40,000 bases of DNA from Dryocola boscaweniae (GCF_025215095.1 NZ_JALHAP010000078.1:277425-317424), one strand, 5' to 3'; shown: positions 1-11,751, numbered from the stretch's first letter. The notes: generated from the letters alone by a model not told the origin. Translations and numbers: made by a program.

Positions 1-441
1 GCTACGCCGCTAATCTCCATCGATCTCGTTGTGGAAAACCTGGCGGGTGAATACCTGCTGGGGTTGCGCACCAATCGCCCTGCCCAGGGCTTTTGGTTCG
101 TGCCGGGCGGACGGGTGCAGAAAGATGAAACCCTGGCCGACGCTTTCGTCCGTTTAACCGAGGCGGAGCTGGGCCAGCGCTTCACGCTTGAGGACGGGGA
201 GTTTTACGGCGTGTGGCAGCACTTTTACGACGACAATTTTTCAGGGCAGGATTTTTCCACCCACTACATCGTGCTCGGCTACCGCCTGCGGGTGGATGAC
301 AGCAGGCTGACGCTGCCTGTCGAGCAGCACAGGGACTACTGCTGGCTGACGCCGGAAGCGTTACTGAAGCGCGATGATGTGCACGACAATAGCCGCGCCT
401 ATTTCATCAGACAAGGCAAAGGCAAGGTACCCGGTTTATGA
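1..441 (+). CDS. gmm: GDP-mannose mannosyl hydrolase (Nudix; WcaH/Gmm/NudD), 5' end outside the window
   Basis: The reading frame is open from base 1 ([13 protein letters not shown]...), so the listed start at 31 is internal. The translation matches recalled E. coli Gmm closely ([22 protein letters not shown] Nudix region, [22 protein letters not shown]-terminal VPGL). The stop overlaps the wcaI start (ATGA). Confidence 0.9.
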   Translation, partial: ATPLISIDLVVENLAGEYLLGLRTNRPAQGFWFVPGGRVQKDETLADAFVRLTEAELGQRFTLEDGEFYGVWQHFYDDNFSGQDFSTHYIVLGYRLRVDDSRLTLPVEQHRDYCWLTPEALLKRDDVHDNSRAYFIRQGKGKVPGL

Positions 442-1679
442 AAATTCTGGTCTACGGCATTAACTACTCACCGGAGCTGACCGGTATCGGGAAATACACC
501 GGTGAAATGGTGGAGTGGATGACCAGCCAGGGCCATGAGGTGCGCGTTATCACCGCACCTCCTTATTATCCGGTCTGGGAAGTTCATCCGGATTATTCGG
601 CATGGAAGTATAAAAAAGAGCAGGGTGCTGCGACCGTCTGGCGCTGCCCGTTGTACGTGCCGAAACAGCCTTCCACCTTAAAGCGCCTGATTCATTTAGG
701 CAGCTTTGCGGTGAGTTCTTTCTTCCCGCTGCTGGCGCAACGTCGCTGGAAGCCGGATCGCATTATCGGCGTGGTGCCGACTCTCTTTTGCGTACCGGGC
801 ATGCGGTGGCTTGCAAAACTGAGCGGGGCGCAAACGCTGCTGCATATTCAGGATTACGAAGTGGACGCTATGCTCGGTCTGGGCATGGCGGGCGGCGGCA
901 AAGGCAAAGTTGCGAAGCTTGCTCAGCGCTTCGAACAGAGCTGCCTGCATAACGTCGACAATGTGTCGACGATTTCGCGCTCGATGATGAACAAGGCCAT
1001 CGAGAAGGGCGTTGATCCGAAACGCGTGATCTTCTTCCCGAACTGGTCGGAAGTAGAGCGTTTTCGCGATGTTTCGGCGCAGGAAGTGCAAATTGTGCGC
1101 GAAAGCCTGCGGCTGCCAGCAGACAAAAAGATAATTCTGTACTCCGGCAACATCGGGGAAAAACAGGGCCTGGAAACGGTTATTGATGTTGCTGAGCGCT
1201 TTGCGGAGCAGCCGTATCTGTTTGTGATTGTCGGTCAGGGCGGCGGGAAAAAACGCCTCGAAAAAGGGGTAGCGGATCGTGGCCTGCATAACGTGGCGTT
1301 CCATCCGTTGCAGCCTTACGACGCTTTGCCTGCGCTATTGCGTGTTGCCGATTGCCATCTGGTTATTCAGCGCCGCGGCGCAGCAGACGCCGTGCTGCCG
1401 TCCAAGCTGACCAACATTTTGGCCGTTGGCGGCAATGCGGTGATTACCGCTGAGCCGGAAACCGAGCTCGGTCAGCTTTGCGAACTGTATCCCGGCATTG
1501 CCGTGTGCGTGGAGCCAGAGTCTGCCGACGCGCTGGCCGTCGGGATTGAACGCTGCCTGCAATTACCCGCGCACAATACGGTGGCACGTGAGTATGCCGA
1601 ACGCACGCTCGAAAAAGAGAACGTGCTGAGTCAATTTATTGCAGCTATCTCTCCACAAGATGTCGGGGTTAAATCATGA
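438..1679 (+). CDS. wcaI: Colanic acid biosynthesis glycosyltransferase WcaI (GT4 family)
   Basis: 413 aa. The N-terminus [27 protein letters not shown] and the [19 protein letters not shown] block are near-identical to recalled E. coli WcaI. Position between gmm and manC is conserved. Start and stop both overlap neighbours by ATGA. Confidence 0.9.
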   Translation: MKILVYGINYSPELTGIGKYTGEMVEWMTSQGHEVRVITAPPYYPVWEVHPDYSAWKYKKEQGAATVWRCPLYVPKQPSTLKRLIHLGSFAVSSFFPLLAQRRWKPDRIIGVVPTLFCVPGMRWLAKLSGAQTLLHIQDYEVDAMLGLGMAGGGKGKVAKLAQRFEQSCLHNVDNVSTISRSMMNKAIEKGVDPKRVIFFPNWSEVERFRDVSAQEVQIVRESLRLPADKKIILYSGNIGEKQGLETVIDVAERFAEQPYLFVIVGQGGGKKRLEKGVADRGLHNVAFHPLQPYDALPALLRVADCHLVIQRRGAADAVLPSKLTNILAVGGNAVITAEPETELGQLCELYPGIAVCVEPESADALAVGIERCLQLPAHNTVAREYAERTLEKENVLSQFIAAISPQDVGVKS

Positions 1680-3112
1680 GTCATTCGCAGCTTTATCCGG
1701 TCATTATGGCTGGCGGGAACGGCAGCCGTTTGTGGCCTCTGTCCCGCGTGCTTTACCCGAAACAGTTCCTGTGCCTGAAAGGGGAACTGACTATGTTGCA
1801 AACCACCATCTGCCGCTTAAACGGCGTACAGTGCGAAAGCCCGGTGGTTATCTGCAACGAAGAACACCGTTTTATCGTCGCTGAGCAGCTTCGCCAGCTC
1901 AACAAGCTGACGGAAAATATCGTGCTGGAGCCTGCCGGACGCAACACCGCTCCGGCCATCGCGCTGGCGGCTTTGGCTGCCATTCGCAATCAGCCGCAGT
2001 CCGATCCGCTGATGCTTATCCTTGCCGCCGACCACGTGATTCAGAATGAAGATGCTTTCCGCGAAGCGGTGCGTAACGCGCTGCCGTATGCCGAAGCGGG
2101 CAAGCTGGTGACGTTCGGCATCGTGCCGAATTTGCCGGAAACGGGCTACGGCTACATTCGCCGTGGACAGCCAGAAACGGCCGGCGTGGACGCTGTGGCG
2201 TTTAGCGTGGCGCAGTTTGTCGAGAAGCCGGATGCTGAAACCGCGCAGGGCTACGTTTCCAGCGGCGAATACTACTGGAACAGCGGCATGTTCCTGTTCC
2301 GCGCCGGGCGTTACCTCGAAGAGTTGAAAAAATTCCGTCCGGATATTCTGGCCGCGTGCGAAAACGCTATGGCGAACGTTGACCCGGATCTGGATTTTGT
2401 GCGCGTGGATGAAGCGGCCTTCCTGGCCTGCCCGGACGAGTCAATCGACTACGCGGTAATGGAAAAAACCGCCGATGCGGTAGTGGTGCCGATGGACGCG
2501 GGCTGGAGCGACGTGGGCTCCTGGTCTTCCCTGTGGGAAATCAGCGCCAAAAGCCCGGAAGGGAACGTGCATCACGGCGACGTGATAAGCCATGAAACGG
2601 AAAACAGCTATATCTATGCGGAATCCGGCCTCGTGACGACGGTTGGCGTTAAAGATTTAGTTGTGGTGCAGACCAAAGACGCCGTGCTTATCGCCGACCG
2701 CGATCACGTTCAGAGCGTGAAGAAGGTTGTTGAGCAGATTAAGCACGACGGCCGTCATGAACACCACAATCACCGCGAAGTCTACCGCCCGTGGGGTAAA
2801 TACGACTCCATCGATTCCGGCGACCGTTATCAGGTGAAGCGCATCACCGTGAAGCCGGGCGAAGGTTTGTCTTTGCAGATGCACCATCATCGGGCTGAAC
2901 ACTGGATTGTGGTGGCGGGCACGGCGAAAGTCACCCTTGGCGATGACGTGAAGCTGCTGGGCGAAAACGAGTCCATCTATATTCCGCTGGGCGTGACGCA
3001 CTGCCTGGAAAACCCCGGCAAAATTCCGCTCGACCTGATTGAAGTGCGTTCCGGCACTTACCTCGAAGAAGACGACATCGTCCGTTTTAAAGACCGTTAC
3101 GGGCGCATTTAA
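1676..3112 (+). CDS. manC: Mannose-1-phosphate guanylyltransferase (CpsB/ManC)
   Basis: 478 aa. It has the nucleotidyltransferase motif [18 protein letters not shown] and a C-terminal cupin domain ([15 protein letters not shown]). Collinear with E. coli CpsB. Confidence 0.95.
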   Translation: MSHSQLYPVIMAGGNGSRLWPLSRVLYPKQFLCLKGELTMLQTTICRLNGVQCESPVVICNEEHRFIVAEQLRQLNKLTENIVLEPAGRNTAPAIALAALAAIRNQPQSDPLMLILAADHVIQNEDAFREAVRNALPYAEAGKLVTFGIVPNLPETGYGYIRRGQPETAGVDAVAFSVAQFVEKPDAETAQGYVSSGEYYWNSGMFLFRAGRYLEELKKFRPDILAACENAMANVDPDLDFVRVDEAAFLACPDESIDYAVMEKTADAVVVPMDAGWSDVGSWSSLWEISAKSPEGNVHHGDVISHETENSYIYAESGLVTTVGVKDLVVVQTKDAVLIADRDHVQSVKKVVEQIKHDGRHEHHNHREVYRPWGKYDSIDSGDRYQVKRITVKPGEGLSLQMHHHRAEHWIVVAGTAKVTLGDDVKLLGENESIYIPLGVTHCLENPGKIPLDLIEVRSGTYLEEDDIVRFKDRYGRI

Positions 3113-3185
3113 CGCGTAAACATTCATCATTCCCCGCAGCCTGACTCTGCGGGTTGGGTAACTGTTGCCCGAAGGAGCGAAAACG

Positions 3186-4556
3186 ATGCAAAAATTGACC
3201 TGTTTTAAAGCCTATGACATTCGCGGCAGGCTGGGTGAAGAGCTGAACGAAGACATCGCGTGGCGCATTGGCCGCGCCTACGGCGAATACCTGAAGCCGA
3301 AAACTATCGTGCTGGGCGGCGACGTGCGTCTGACAAGCGAAGCCCTGAAGCTTGCGCTGGCGCGCGGTCTGCAGGATGCGGGCGTGGATGTGCTGGATAT
3401 CGGCCTGTCCGGCACCGAAGAAATCTACTTTGCCACCTGGCATCTGAAGGTGGACGGCGGCATTGAAGTCACCGCCAGCCACAACCCGATGGACTACAAC
3501 GGCATGAAGCTGGTGCGCGAGGGCGCGCGTCCCATCAGCGGCGATACCGGCCTGCGCGACGTGCAGCGTCTGGCGGAAGCCAACGACTTTCCGCCGGTCG
3601 ATGAGGCGAAACGCGGCAGCTACAAACAGATTTCCGTGGTTGAGGCGTACATCGACCACCTGTTCTCCTACATCAACGTGAAGAACATCAAACCGCTGAA
3701 GCTGGTGATTAACTCCGGTAACGGCGCTGCGGGCCCGGTTATCGATGCCATCGAAGCGCGCTTTACAGCCCTGAACGTGCCGCTGACTTTTGTGAAAGTG
3801 CACAACACCCCGGACGGCAACTTCCCGAACGGCATTCCTAATCCGCTGCTGCCGGAGTGCCGCGACGATACGCGCAATGCGGTGACTGAGCACGGTGCGG
3901 ACATGGGTATCGCGTTTGACGGCGATTTCGACCGCTGCTTCCTGTTCGATGAGAAGGGGCAGTTTATCGAGGGTTATTACATCGTCGGCCTGCTGGCGGC
4001 GGCGTTCCTCGAAAAACAGCCCGGCGCGAAAATCATTCACGACCCGCGTCTGAGCTGGAACACGGTGGATATCGTTGAGCGCGCGGGCGGCACGCCGGTG
4101 ATGTCGAAAACCGGGCATGCGTTTATCAAGGAGCGTATGCGCCAGGAAGACGCCATCTACGGCGGCGAGATGAGCGCCCACCACTATTTCCGTGATTTTG
4201 CCTACTGCGACAGCGGGATGATCCCGTGGCTGCTGGTGACCGAGCTGCTGTGCCTGAAGGGCAAAACGCTTGGCGAGCTGGTGCATGATCGCATGGCGGC
4301 GTGGCCGGCAAGCGGCGAAATCAACAGCAAGCTGGCGGACCCGAAGGTGGCGATTGAGCGCGTGCATCAGCACTTTGCGCCGCATGCCACGGATATCGAC
4401 CACACCGACGGGGTGAGCATGGCGTTCGGCGACTGGCGCTTTAACCTGCGCTCCTCAAACACCGAGCCGGTGGTGCGTCTGAACGTGGAGTCGCGCAGTA
4501 ACGAACAACTGATGCAGTCCCGAACGCAGGAAATTATGGCGCTGCTGAATCAGTAA
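3186..4556 (+). CDS. manB: Phosphomannomutase (CpsG/ManB)
   Basis: The ORF opens at 3165, but the ATG at 3186 ([14 protein letters not shown]) follows a GGAG Shine-Dalgarno and matches the E. coli CpsG N-terminus. The active-site TASHNP motif and GDFDR metal loop are present. Confidence 0.95.
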   Translation: MQKLTCFKAYDIRGRLGEELNEDIAWRIGRAYGEYLKPKTIVLGGDVRLTSEALKLALARGLQDAGVDVLDIGLSGTEEIYFATWHLKVDGGIEVTASHNPMDYNGMKLVREGARPISGDTGLRDVQRLAEANDFPPVDEAKRGSYKQISVVEAYIDHLFSYINVKNIKPLKLVINSGNGAAGPVIDAIEARFTALNVPLTFVKVHNTPDGNFPNGIPNPLLPECRDDTRNAVTEHGADMGIAFDGDFDRCFLFDEKGQFIEGYYIVGLLAAAFLEKQPGAKIIHDPRLSWNTVDIVERAGGTPVMSKTGHAFIKERMRQEDAIYGGEMSAHHYFRDFAYCDSGMIPWLLVTELLCLKGKTLGELVHDRMAAWPASGEINSKLADPKVAIERVHQHFAPHATDIDHTDGVSMAFGDWRFNLRSSNTEPVVRLNVESRSNEQLMQSRTQEIMALLNQ

Positions 4557-4582
4557 TTTGTGGGTATGGATCTCCGGACATT

Positions 4583-4663
4583 TGTAGGGTGGATAAACGC
4601 AGCGCCATCCACCGCGTGGCTGCTTAAAAGCACGGCGGATGGCGCAGGCTTATCCGCCCTACA
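4583..4663. repeat. Pair of inverted REP-like palindromic units (BIME-like) in the manB-wcaJ spacer
   Basis: tgtagggtggataaacgcagcgccatccaccg (4583-4614) and cggcggatggcgcaggcttatccgccctaca (4634-4663) are near reverse complements of each other. They resemble the enterobacterial REP consensus (..GGATG.CGC...CTTATCCG.CCTACA). Confidence 0.7.
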
Positions 4664-4710
4664 CGTTCAGGGAAGAGGGAATCCGTCACCCTTTTAATAA
4701 AGGTAAAACG

Positions 4711-6105
4711 ATGACAAATCTAAAAAAGCGCGAGCTGCCAAAAACGAACGCATCGTTAATCTCTATGGTGCAACGTTTCTCAGACATAACCATTATGTTT
4801 GTTGGGTTATGGGTGGTGTGTAAGGTCAACGCGTTGCCGTTTTTGTACATGCATCTGCTGATGGCCCTGCTTACCCTCGTTGTATTCCAGATGATTGGCG
4901 GCATTACCGATTTTTACCGCTCCTGGCGCGGCGTGAAGATTTCCAGCGAACTGCTTTTGCTGTTGCAAAACTGGACCCTGAGCCTGATTTTTAGCGCCGG
5001 TCTGCTGGCCTTTAATCCTGATTTTGACGGCTCGTTCTGGGTCTACTTTGCCTGGTATGTGTTGACCAGCTTCGGCATGGTCGTGTGCCGCTCGTTTATC
5101 CGCTTTGGCGCGGGCTGGCTGCGCAACATGGGCTATAACACTCGCCGTATCGCTATTGCCGGCTCCCTGCCGGTGGGCCGCGCGCTCGCCAGCAGTTTCC
5201 GCAATGAACCCTGGTTAGGTTTTGAGGTCACCGGGGTTTATGACGATATGCAGCCTGCCACCGATCTTGGCGACTATGCCGGCAGCTTCGCGGACCTGCT
5301 GGAAGAAGCGCGCTCCGGGCGAATCGATAACGTTTATATCGCTATGGCGATGAGCGAAGAAGCGCGCATTAAAAAGCTGGTGCGCGAGCTGACCGACACC
5401 ACCTGTTCGGTGCTGCTTATTCCTGACGTTTTCACCTTCAATATTCTCAACGCCCGTACCGAAGAGGTGAATGGCGTGCCGGTTGTGCCGCTGTTTGATA
5501 CGCCGCTTAACGGCATCAACCGCATACTCAAGCGCCTGGAAGATATTGTGCTCGCTCTAATGATTCTGCTGCTGATTTCCCCGGTGCTGCTGTGCATCAG
5601 CGTGGCGGTGAAGGTGACTTCGCCGGGACCGGTTATTTTCCGTCAGACCCGTTACGGAATGGACGGCAAGCCGATTAAGGTGTGGAAATTCCGCTCCATG
5701 AAGGTGATGGAGAACGACGCGGTGGTGGTACAGGCTACGAAAGGGGATAAGCGTATTACGCCGGTCGGTAACTTCCTGCGTCGCACCTCTCTTGACGAGC
5801 TGCCGCAGTTCATCAACGTGCTGCTGGGCGGGATGTCGATTGTCGGCCCGCGTCCTCACGCCGTGGCGCATAACGAGCAGTATCGTTCGCTGATTGAAGG
5901 CTACATGCTGCGTCATAAGGTGAAGCCTGGCATTACGGGCTGGGCGCAGATTAACGGCTGGCGTGGCGAAACGGATACGCTGGAGAAAATGGAAAAACGC
6001 GTTGAGTTTGACCTGGAATATATCCGCGAATGGAGCCTGTGGTTCGACATAAAAATCGTCTTCCTGACGATTTTCAAAGGCTTTGTTAACAAAGCCGCGT
6101 ATTAA
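4711..6105 (+). CDS. wcaJ: Undecaprenyl-phosphate glucose phosphotransferase WcaJ (colanic acid initiating enzyme)
   Basis: The ATG at 4711 gives MTNLKKRELPKTNASLISMVQRFSDITIMF, matching the recalled E. coli WcaJ N-terminus. The track start at 4639 lies inside the REP element. The C-terminal bacterial sugar transferase domain (PGITGWAQINGWRGETDT) is present. Confidence 0.95.
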   Translation: MTNLKKRELPKTNASLISMVQRFSDITIMFVGLWVVCKVNALPFLYMHLLMALLTLVVFQMIGGITDFYRSWRGVKISSELLLLLQNWTLSLIFSAGLLAFNPDFDGSFWVYFAWYVLTSFGMVVCRSFIRFGAGWLRNMGYNTRRIAIAGSLPVGRALASSFRNEPWLGFEVTGVYDDMQPATDLGDYAGSFADLLEEARSGRIDNVYIAMAMSEEARIKKLVRELTDTTCSVLLIPDVFTFNILNARTEEVNGVPVVPLFDTPLNGINRILKRLEDIVLALMILLLISPVLLCISVAVKVTSPGPVIFRQTRYGMDGKPIKVWKFRSMKVMENDAVVVQATKGDKRITPVGNFLRRTSLDELPQFINVLLGGMSIVGPRPHAVAHNEQYRSLIEGYMLRHKVKPGITGWAQINGWRGETDTLEKMEKRVEFDLEYIREWSLWFDIKIVFLTIFKGFVNKAAY

Positions 6106-6116
6106 GTGAGCCACCA

Positions 6117-7595
6117 ATGAGCCTGAGAGAAAAAACCATCAGCGGCGCCAAATGGTCCGCCCTTGCGACGGTCATTATTATCGGCCTGGGGCTGGCGCAG
6201 ATGACCGTGCTGGCGCGAGTGGTGGATAATCACCAGTTCGGCCTGCTGACGGTGTCGCTGGTGATTATCGCCCTGGCGGATACGCTGTCGGATTTTGGTA
6301 TCGCCAACTCCATTATTCAGCGTAAAGAGATAAGCCATCTTGAACTGACAACGCTTTACTGGCTGAACGTGGGCCTGGGCTTAGTCGTCTTCGCAGCGGT
6401 GTTTTTGCTGAGCGATTTTATCGCCAGCGTGCTGAACACCCCGGCGCTTGCGCCGCTAATTAAAACGCTGTCTTTTGCGTTTGTCATTATTCCCCATGGC
6501 CAGCAGTTCCGTGCTTTGATGCAAAAGGAGCTGGAGTTCTCAAAGATTGGTTCGATTGAGACGATTTCCGTGCTGGCGGGCTTTAGCGTGACGGTGAGCG
6601 CTGCGATGTATTATCCGTTCGCCATGACCGCCATTGTCGGCTACCTGGTCAATACCCTGGTGCGTACCGCTTTGTTTGGTTTTTTTGGCCGCAAAATTTA
6701 CCGCCCGGGCTTTCATTTTTCGCTTAAATCAGTCGGTTCCAACCTGAAGTTTGGCGCCTGGCTGACTGCGGACAGCATCATCAACTATGTGAATACCAAT
6801 CTTTCGACGCTGGTGCTGGCGCGCATCCTCGGCGCAAGCGTAGCCGGGGGCTATAACCTCGCTTATAACGTCGCGGTGGTGCCGCCGATGAAGCTCAACC
6901 CGATTATTACCCGCGTGCTGTTCCCGGCCTTTGCCAAAATCCAGGATGATACCGACAAGCTACGCGTTAACTTCTACAAGCTGCTGTCGATTGTCGGGAT
7001 CATTAACTTTCCGGCGTTGCTCGGCCTGCTGGTGGTGTCGAATAACTTCGTGCCGCTGGTGTTTGGCGAGAAGTGGCAGTTTATTACGCCGATTCTGCAA
7101 CTGCTGTGCGTGGTGGGCCTGCTGCGCTCCATCGGGAATCCGATTGGTTCGCTGCTGATGGCGAAAGCGCGCGTGGACATCAGCTTCAAATTCAACGTCT
7201 TTAAAACCTGCCTGTTTATCCCGGCGATTATCGTTGGCGGGCATCTCGGCGGTGCGCTCGGCGTGACGCTTGGCTTCCTGTTCGTACAGGTGGTGAACAC
7301 GGTGCTGAGCTACTTCATCATGATTAAACCGGTGCTGGGCTCAAGCTACCGGGAGTACATCTTAAGTCTGTGGCTGCCGTTCTATCTTTCCATTCCAACG
7401 CTTGTGGTGAGTTATGCGTTGGGCGTGCTGCTTGCGGGACATTTATCCCTTGCAGCTTTGCTTGGCGTGCAGATTGCCGCCGGTGCGGCTTCCTTTATCG
7501 TCATGCTGGCGCTTTCCCGTAACGCTCTGGTGGTGGAAATGAAACGCCAGTTTTGTCGCAACGATCGTTTAAAAGCGCTGCTTCGCGCGAGCTAA
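6117..7595 (+). CDS. wzxC: Colanic acid repeat-unit flippase WzxC (MOP superfamily)
   Basis: 492 aa, polytopic and hydrophobic throughout. Conserved position after wcaJ. The N-terminus MSLREKTISGAKWSA is typical of WzxC. Confidence 0.9.
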   Translation: MSLREKTISGAKWSALATVIIIGLGLAQMTVLARVVDNHQFGLLTVSLVIIALADTLSDFGIANSIIQRKEISHLELTTLYWLNVGLGLVVFAAVFLLSDFIASVLNTPALAPLIKTLSFAFVIIPHGQQFRALMQKELEFSKIGSIETISVLAGFSVTVSAAMYYPFAMTAIVGYLVNTLVRTALFGFFGRKIYRPGFHFSLKSVGSNLKFGAWLTADSIINYVNTNLSTLVLARILGASVAGGYNLAYNVAVVPPMKLNPIITRVLFPAFAKIQDDTDKLRVNFYKLLSIVGIINFPALLGLLVVSNNFVPLVFGEKWQFITPILQLLCVVGLLRSIGNPIGSLLMAKARVDISFKFNVFKTCLFIPAIIVGGHLGGALGVTLGFLFVQVVNTVLSYFIMIKPVLGSSYREYILSLWLPFYLSIPTLVVSYALGVLLAGHLSLAALLGVQIAAGAASFIVMLALSRNALVVEMKRQFCRNDRLKALLRAS

Positions 7596-7619
7596 GAACC
7601 CCAAAGAGGTCCTGACATT

Positions 7620-8900
7620 ATGAAATTATTGATTCTTGGCAATCACACCTGCGGTAACCGCGGCGACAGCGCTATTCTGCGCGGGTTAATTGATGCCATT
7701 ACCACCATTGATGAAAGCGTGCAGGTTGATGTGATGAGCCGCTATCCGGTGAGCTCTGCCTGGCTGCTGGGCCGCCCGGTGCTGGGCGACGGTCTGTATA
7801 AGCAGATGAAACAGCACAATAATGCCGTAGGGCTGATGGGGCGCGTTAAAAAAGTGCTGCGCCGTAAATATCAGCATCAGGTTTTAATGGCGAAAGCCAC
7901 CGACCGCGGACGACTGCGCAATATCTCTATTCCGCAGGGCTTTATCGACTTTGTGAAATCGCTGCAAAAATATGACGCGATTATTCAGGTTGGCGGATCT
8001 TTCTTCGTCGATTTGTACGGCGTTTCTCAGTTCGAACACGCGCTGTGCAGTTTTATGGCGAAAAAGCCGGTGTACATGATTGGCCACAGCGTAGGCCCGT
8101 TCCAGGACCCGCAGTTCAACCAACTGGCGAGCTACGCGTTTGGCAACGCGAAGGCGCTGATCCTGCGTGAATCCGTCAGCCTTGATTTGATGAAGCAGAG
8201 CAACATCGATACCCGCAAGGTTGAGCAGGGCGTGGATACCGCCTGGCTTGTTGAGCATCACAGCGAAAGTTTTGTGCCGAGCTACGCGGTGCAGCACTGG
8301 CTGGAAATCATCAGGCGTAAGAAAACCGTCGCCATCACTTTGCGAGAGCTGGCGCCGTTTGATAAACGCCTCGGCACCACGCAGAAAGCCTACGAGCAGG
8401 CGTTTGCCGCCGTGGTCAACCGCGTGATTGAACAGGGTTATCAGGTGCTGGCGCTTTCAACCTGTACGGGCATCGACAGCTATAACAAAGATGACCGCAT
8501 GGTGGCGCTGAATCTGCGTCAGTATGTGAACGATCCTGACCAGTATCACGTGGTGATGGACGAGCTTAACGACCTTGAGATGGGCAAAATCCTTGGCGAG
8601 TGCGAGCTGACCGTTGGCACGCGTCTGCACTCCGCTATTATTTCGATGAACTTTGGCACCCCGGCCATTGCCATCAATTACGAACACAAATCCGCGGGCA
8701 TTATGCAGCAACTGGGCATGCCGGAAATGGCCATTGATATCCGTCAGCTTCTTGACGGTTCGTTGCAGGGCGTTGTTGCAGATGTGCTGGGCCAGTTGCC
8801 AGCTATTAATGAGCGCCTTGTTCAGGCGGTGCGTGCTGAACGTGAAACTGGCCTGCGTATGGTTGAGTCCGTGTTAGCCCGCGTGAAGGAGGCCAAATGA
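7620..8900 (+). CDS. wcaK: Colanic acid pyruvyl transferase WcaK
   Basis: 426 aa. The polysaccharide pyruvyl transferase signature starts at MKLLILGNHTCGNRGDSAIL. Synteny is wzxC-wcaK-wcaL. Confidence 0.9.
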   Translation: MKLLILGNHTCGNRGDSAILRGLIDAITTIDESVQVDVMSRYPVSSAWLLGRPVLGDGLYKQMKQHNNAVGLMGRVKKVLRRKYQHQVLMAKATDRGRLRNISIPQGFIDFVKSLQKYDAIIQVGGSFFVDLYGVSQFEHALCSFMAKKPVYMIGHSVGPFQDPQFNQLASYAFGNAKALILRESVSLDLMKQSNIDTRKVEQGVDTAWLVEHHSESFVPSYAVQHWLEIIRRKKTVAITLRELAPFDKRLGTTQKAYEQAFAAVVNRVIEQGYQVLALSTCTGIDSYNKDDRMVALNLRQYVNDPDQYHVVMDELNDLEMGKILGECELTVGTRLHSAIISMNFGTPAIAINYEHKSAGIMQQLGMPEMAIDIRQLLDGSLQGVVADVLGQLPAINERLVQAVRAERETGLRMVESVLARVKEAK

Positions 8901-10117
8901 AGGTTGGCTTCTTCCTGCTTAAATTCCCCGTAGCTTCCGAAACCTTTGTGCTCAATCAGATCGTTGCGTTTATCGAGATGGGCTATGAGGTTGAAATCGT
9001 CGCCATCCAGAAAGGAGATTTGACCAACACTCACGCGGCGTTCAAAGAGTACAACCTCGCTGAAAAAACAACGTGGCTGATGGATGAGCCGGAAGGAAAG
9101 GTGGCGAAACTGCAGTCCCGCGCGTTGAATACGCTGCGCGGTTCGCTGCGCCCCCGTACATGGCGGGCGCTGAACGCTTCGCGCTACGGCGAAGAGGCCC
9201 GGAATTTAATTCTGTCTTCAATTTGCGGGCGTAACCCGCAAACGCTGCAGGCGGATGTCTTTATCGCCCACTTTGGCCCGGCTGGCGTAACCGCTGCCAA
9301 GCTGCGCGAGCTGGGGCTGCTGCAAGGAAAAATCGCGACTGTTTTCCACGGCATTGATATCTCAGGGCGTGAGGCGCTGGCGCACTACACGCCCGAATAT
9401 CAAAAGCTGTTTGCGCGCGGCGATCTGATGCTGCCTATAAGCAATTTGTGGGCCGGGCGGCTGGAGAAAATGGGCTGCCCGCCAGCGAAAATTGCCGTTT
9501 CACGCATGGGCGTGGACATGGACCGTTTCTCGCTGCGCCCGGTTAAAGCTCCCGCCAAAACGCTTGAGATAATTTCCGTCGCGCGTCTGACCGAGAAAAA
9601 AGGGCTGCACGTGGCGATTGAAGCCTGCCGCCTGCTCAAAGAGCGCGGCGTGGATTTTCGTTACAACATACTTGGCATCGGCCCGTGGGAAACCCGTCTG
9701 CGCACGCTTATCGAACAGAATCAACTGGACGACGTGGTGTTTATGCCGGGCTTTAAACCGAACCACGAAGTAAAGGCGATGCTGGATGAAGCAGACCTGT
9801 TTTTATTGCCGTCCGTTACCGGCGAGGACGGGGATATGGAAGGTATTCCTGTCGCGTTAATGGAAGCGATGGCGGTAGGCATTCCTGTGGTATCGACCGT
9901 TCACAGCGGCATCCCTGAGCTTATTGATGCCGGCCGTTCAGGCTGGCTGGTGCCGGAATACGACGCCGTTGCGCTTGCCGACAGGCTGCAGGCCTTTGCC
10001 GATGTCGAAGAAAACGAGCTGGAACCGATGCTGACCCAGGCCCGCAAGAAAGTCGAAACCGAATTTAATCAGAAAGTTATATATCAAAAGCTAGCCCGTC
10101 AGCTCCATACGCTGTAA
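8897..10117 (+). CDS. wcaL: Colanic acid glycosyltransferase WcaL (GT4)
   Basis: 406 aa. It has the GT4 EX7E-type C-terminal region ([20 protein letters not shown]). ATGA overlap with wcaK. Syntenic position. Confidence 0.9.
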   Translation: MKVGFFLLKFPVASETFVLNQIVAFIEMGYEVEIVAIQKGDLTNTHAAFKEYNLAEKTTWLMDEPEGKVAKLQSRALNTLRGSLRPRTWRALNASRYGEEARNLILSSICGRNPQTLQADVFIAHFGPAGVTAAKLRELGLLQGKIATVFHGIDISGREALAHYTPEYQKLFARGDLMLPISNLWAGRLEKMGCPPAKIAVSRMGVDMDRFSLRPVKAPAKTLEIISVARLTEKKGLHVAIEACRLLKERGVDFRYNILGIGPWETRLRTLIEQNQLDDVVFMPGFKPNHEVKAMLDEADLFLLPSVTGEDGDMEGIPVALMEAMAVGIPVVSTVHSGIPELIDAGRSGWLVPEYDAVALADRLQAFADVEENELEPMLTQARKKVETEFNQKVIYQKLARQLHTL

Positions 10118-10146
10118 ACCCACCGAGTGAAGCTTCACGAGGACGT

Positions 10147-11574
10147 ATGCGCAAAAGATTTGAATCCACAGTCCCTTCATTTTCCTCCTCCCGCCGCAGG
10201 CTGTTATGGGCCAGTTCAGTACTGGCCGCAGCGCCCTTAGTTTTATCTCGCACGGTTCTGGCTGCCGGCGGCAAAAGCGAGGTAAACATTCAGAAATTCT
10301 ACAATGGCGACTGGCCTGCAGCGTTCAAACAGGCCTTTGCCGCTGCCGATGCCGTTGTCGTGCCCAATGATTTGGTCTGCGACAATATCAACACCGCGAT
10401 TTTTATGCCGGAGAATAAGACGCTGCGGGTAGCTGGCGGCCTTAAGGGCAACGGCAAAGGACGTTTTGTCTTGCAGGATGGGTGTAAAATCCTCGGCGAG
10501 AAAGGCGGACGTTTTAATAACATTATCCTGGACGTTCGCGGGTCTGACTGCACCATTCAGGGCATTGATATGAGCGGCTTCGTGCCGGTGATGCAAATTT
10601 ATATCGGCGGCAGGGATAAGCGCACCATGCGTAACCTCGTCATTGATGACATCACTATCCATGACGCCAACTACGGCATACTTCGCCAGGGTTTTCACAA
10701 CCGCATGGAGAACGTGAAGATAACCAACGGTCACTTCAGTCATTTACAGGGCGATGCCATCGAGTGGAACGTGGCGATTAACGACCACGATCTGCTTATC
10801 TCCGATCATGTGATTGATAACATTGATTGCACCAACGGCAAGATTAACTGGGGGATTGGCATCGGCCTTGCGGGAAGCACTTACAATAATGAGTATCCGG
10901 AAGACCAGGCGGTGAAGAATTTTGTGGTGGCTAACATCACCGGCAGCAATTGTCGCCAGCTTGTTCACGTTGAAAACGGTAAACATTTCATTATTCGCAA
11001 TGTGAAGGCGCGCAATATTAATCATACTTTCAGCAGGAAGGCCGGAATTGATAATGCCACGGTAGCCATTTATGGCTGTGATAATTTCGTGATTGATAAT
11101 ATAGATATGGTGAATAGCGCAGGGTTCCTTATTGGCTATGGTGTTATTAAAGGCAACTATTTGTCTATTCCGCAAAACTTCCGGCTTAACGACATCACGC
11201 TTGATAACAGCAACATGTCGTATAAGGCCCGGGGCATTCAAATCTCTTCCGGTAACGCCACTTCGTTTGTCGCTATTACTAACATGACAGTGAAGGGGGC
11301 GACGCTTGAGCTGAACAACAAGCCTCAGCACCTTTTCCTGAGAAATGTCAATGTGATGCAGCGTGCAGCCGTAGGGCCTGCGCTGAAGCTGCGCTTTGAT
11401 TTACGCAAGGACGTGCGGGGCCGCTTTATGGCGAAAGAAGACACGCTGCTTTCGCTGACCAACATTCATGCGGTCAATGAGAAAGGACAGAGTTCAGTGG
11501 ATATCGACCGCGTAGATCATAAGCATGTGAACACCAGTAACCTTAATTTTGCTCTACCACCGTTGCGTAAATAA
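10147..11574 (+). CDS. wcaM: Colanic acid biosynthesis protein WcaM (beta-helix protein with Tat-type signal)
   Basis: 475 aa. Long identical stretches to recalled E. coli WcaM ([46 protein letters not shown]). The N-terminus has a twin-arginine motif ([17 protein letters not shown]). Confidence 0.85.
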   Translation: MRKRFESTVPSFSSSRRRLLWASSVLAAAPLVLSRTVLAAGGKSEVNIQKFYNGDWPAAFKQAFAAADAVVVPNDLVCDNINTAIFMPENKTLRVAGGLKGNGKGRFVLQDGCKILGEKGGRFNNIILDVRGSDCTIQGIDMSGFVPVMQIYIGGRDKRTMRNLVIDDITIHDANYGILRQGFHNRMENVKITNGHFSHLQGDAIEWNVAINDHDLLISDHVIDNIDCTNGKINWGIGIGLAGSTYNNEYPEDQAVKNFVVANITGSNCRQLVHVENGKHFIIRNVKARNINHTFSRKAGIDNATVAIYGCDNFVIDNIDMVNSAGFLIGYGVIKGNYLSIPQNFRLNDITLDNSNMSYKARGIQISSGNATSFVAITNMTVKGATLELNNKPQHLFLRNVNVMQRAAVGPALKLRFDLRKDVRGRFMAKEDTLLSLTNIHAVNEKGQSSVDIDRVDHKHVNTSNLNFALPPLRK

Positions 11575-11602
11575 ACAATCAAGCGACTTTACGATTTTTC
11601 TG

Positions 11603-11634
11603 AGCCCTTATTGACTTTAATAAGGGCTTTTTAG
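11603..11634 (+). terminator. Rho-independent terminator ending the colanic acid operon
   Basis: A perfect 10-bp stem, agcccttatt / aataagggct, with a 6-nt loop, followed by ttttt, about 30 nt after the wcaM stop. Confidence 0.65.
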
Positions 11635-11693
11635 TTTTGTATCCCACGAGCCGGGGGATAAGATGAAGTACAAACTTTGGGGATCAATTCATG

Positions 11694-11722
11694 CTGGCAT
11701 CAGAGCACGAAAAGACTATAAT
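11694..11722 (+). promoter_or_regulatory. Candidate sigma70 promoter for galF
   Basis: ctggca (-35-like, 4/6), a 17-nt spacer, then tataat (perfect -10 at 11717-11722), about 30 nt upstream of the galF start. Sequence pattern only. Confidence 0.35.
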
Positions 11723-11751
11723 CCCTCAACCATTTTAGAGGTGGGCTGAAT

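Noticed and set aside
3087-4403. 438-aa ORF antisense to manB. Similar long antisense ORFs occur at 696-1304(-), 5557-6117(-), 10744-11331(-), 28817-29398(+), 31007-31693(+), 33412-33998(+), 37086-37637(-) and 39392-39862(-).
   Set aside because: All lie fully inside well-supported GC-rich genes on the opposite strand. Their translations are low-complexity and rich in Arg, Ala and His, with no recognisable motifs. This is the usual stop-codon-poor shadow frame of high-GC coding DNA.
7028-7035. Chi octamers (gctggtgg) at 7028-7035, 15101-15108, 36146-36153 and 39499-39506, all on the + strand.
   Set aside because: The density and the single orientation are what is expected if the + strand is the leading strand of an enterobacterial chromosome. 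None sits at a compositional junction in a way that I could argue is special.
9871-9878. ggcggtag, the 8-nt core of an ops site, inside wcaL.
   Set aside because: The following bases (gcat) do not complete the 12-nt ops consensus GGCGGTAGnnTG. There is no JUMPstart context and it lies mid-gene, so a chance match is most likely.
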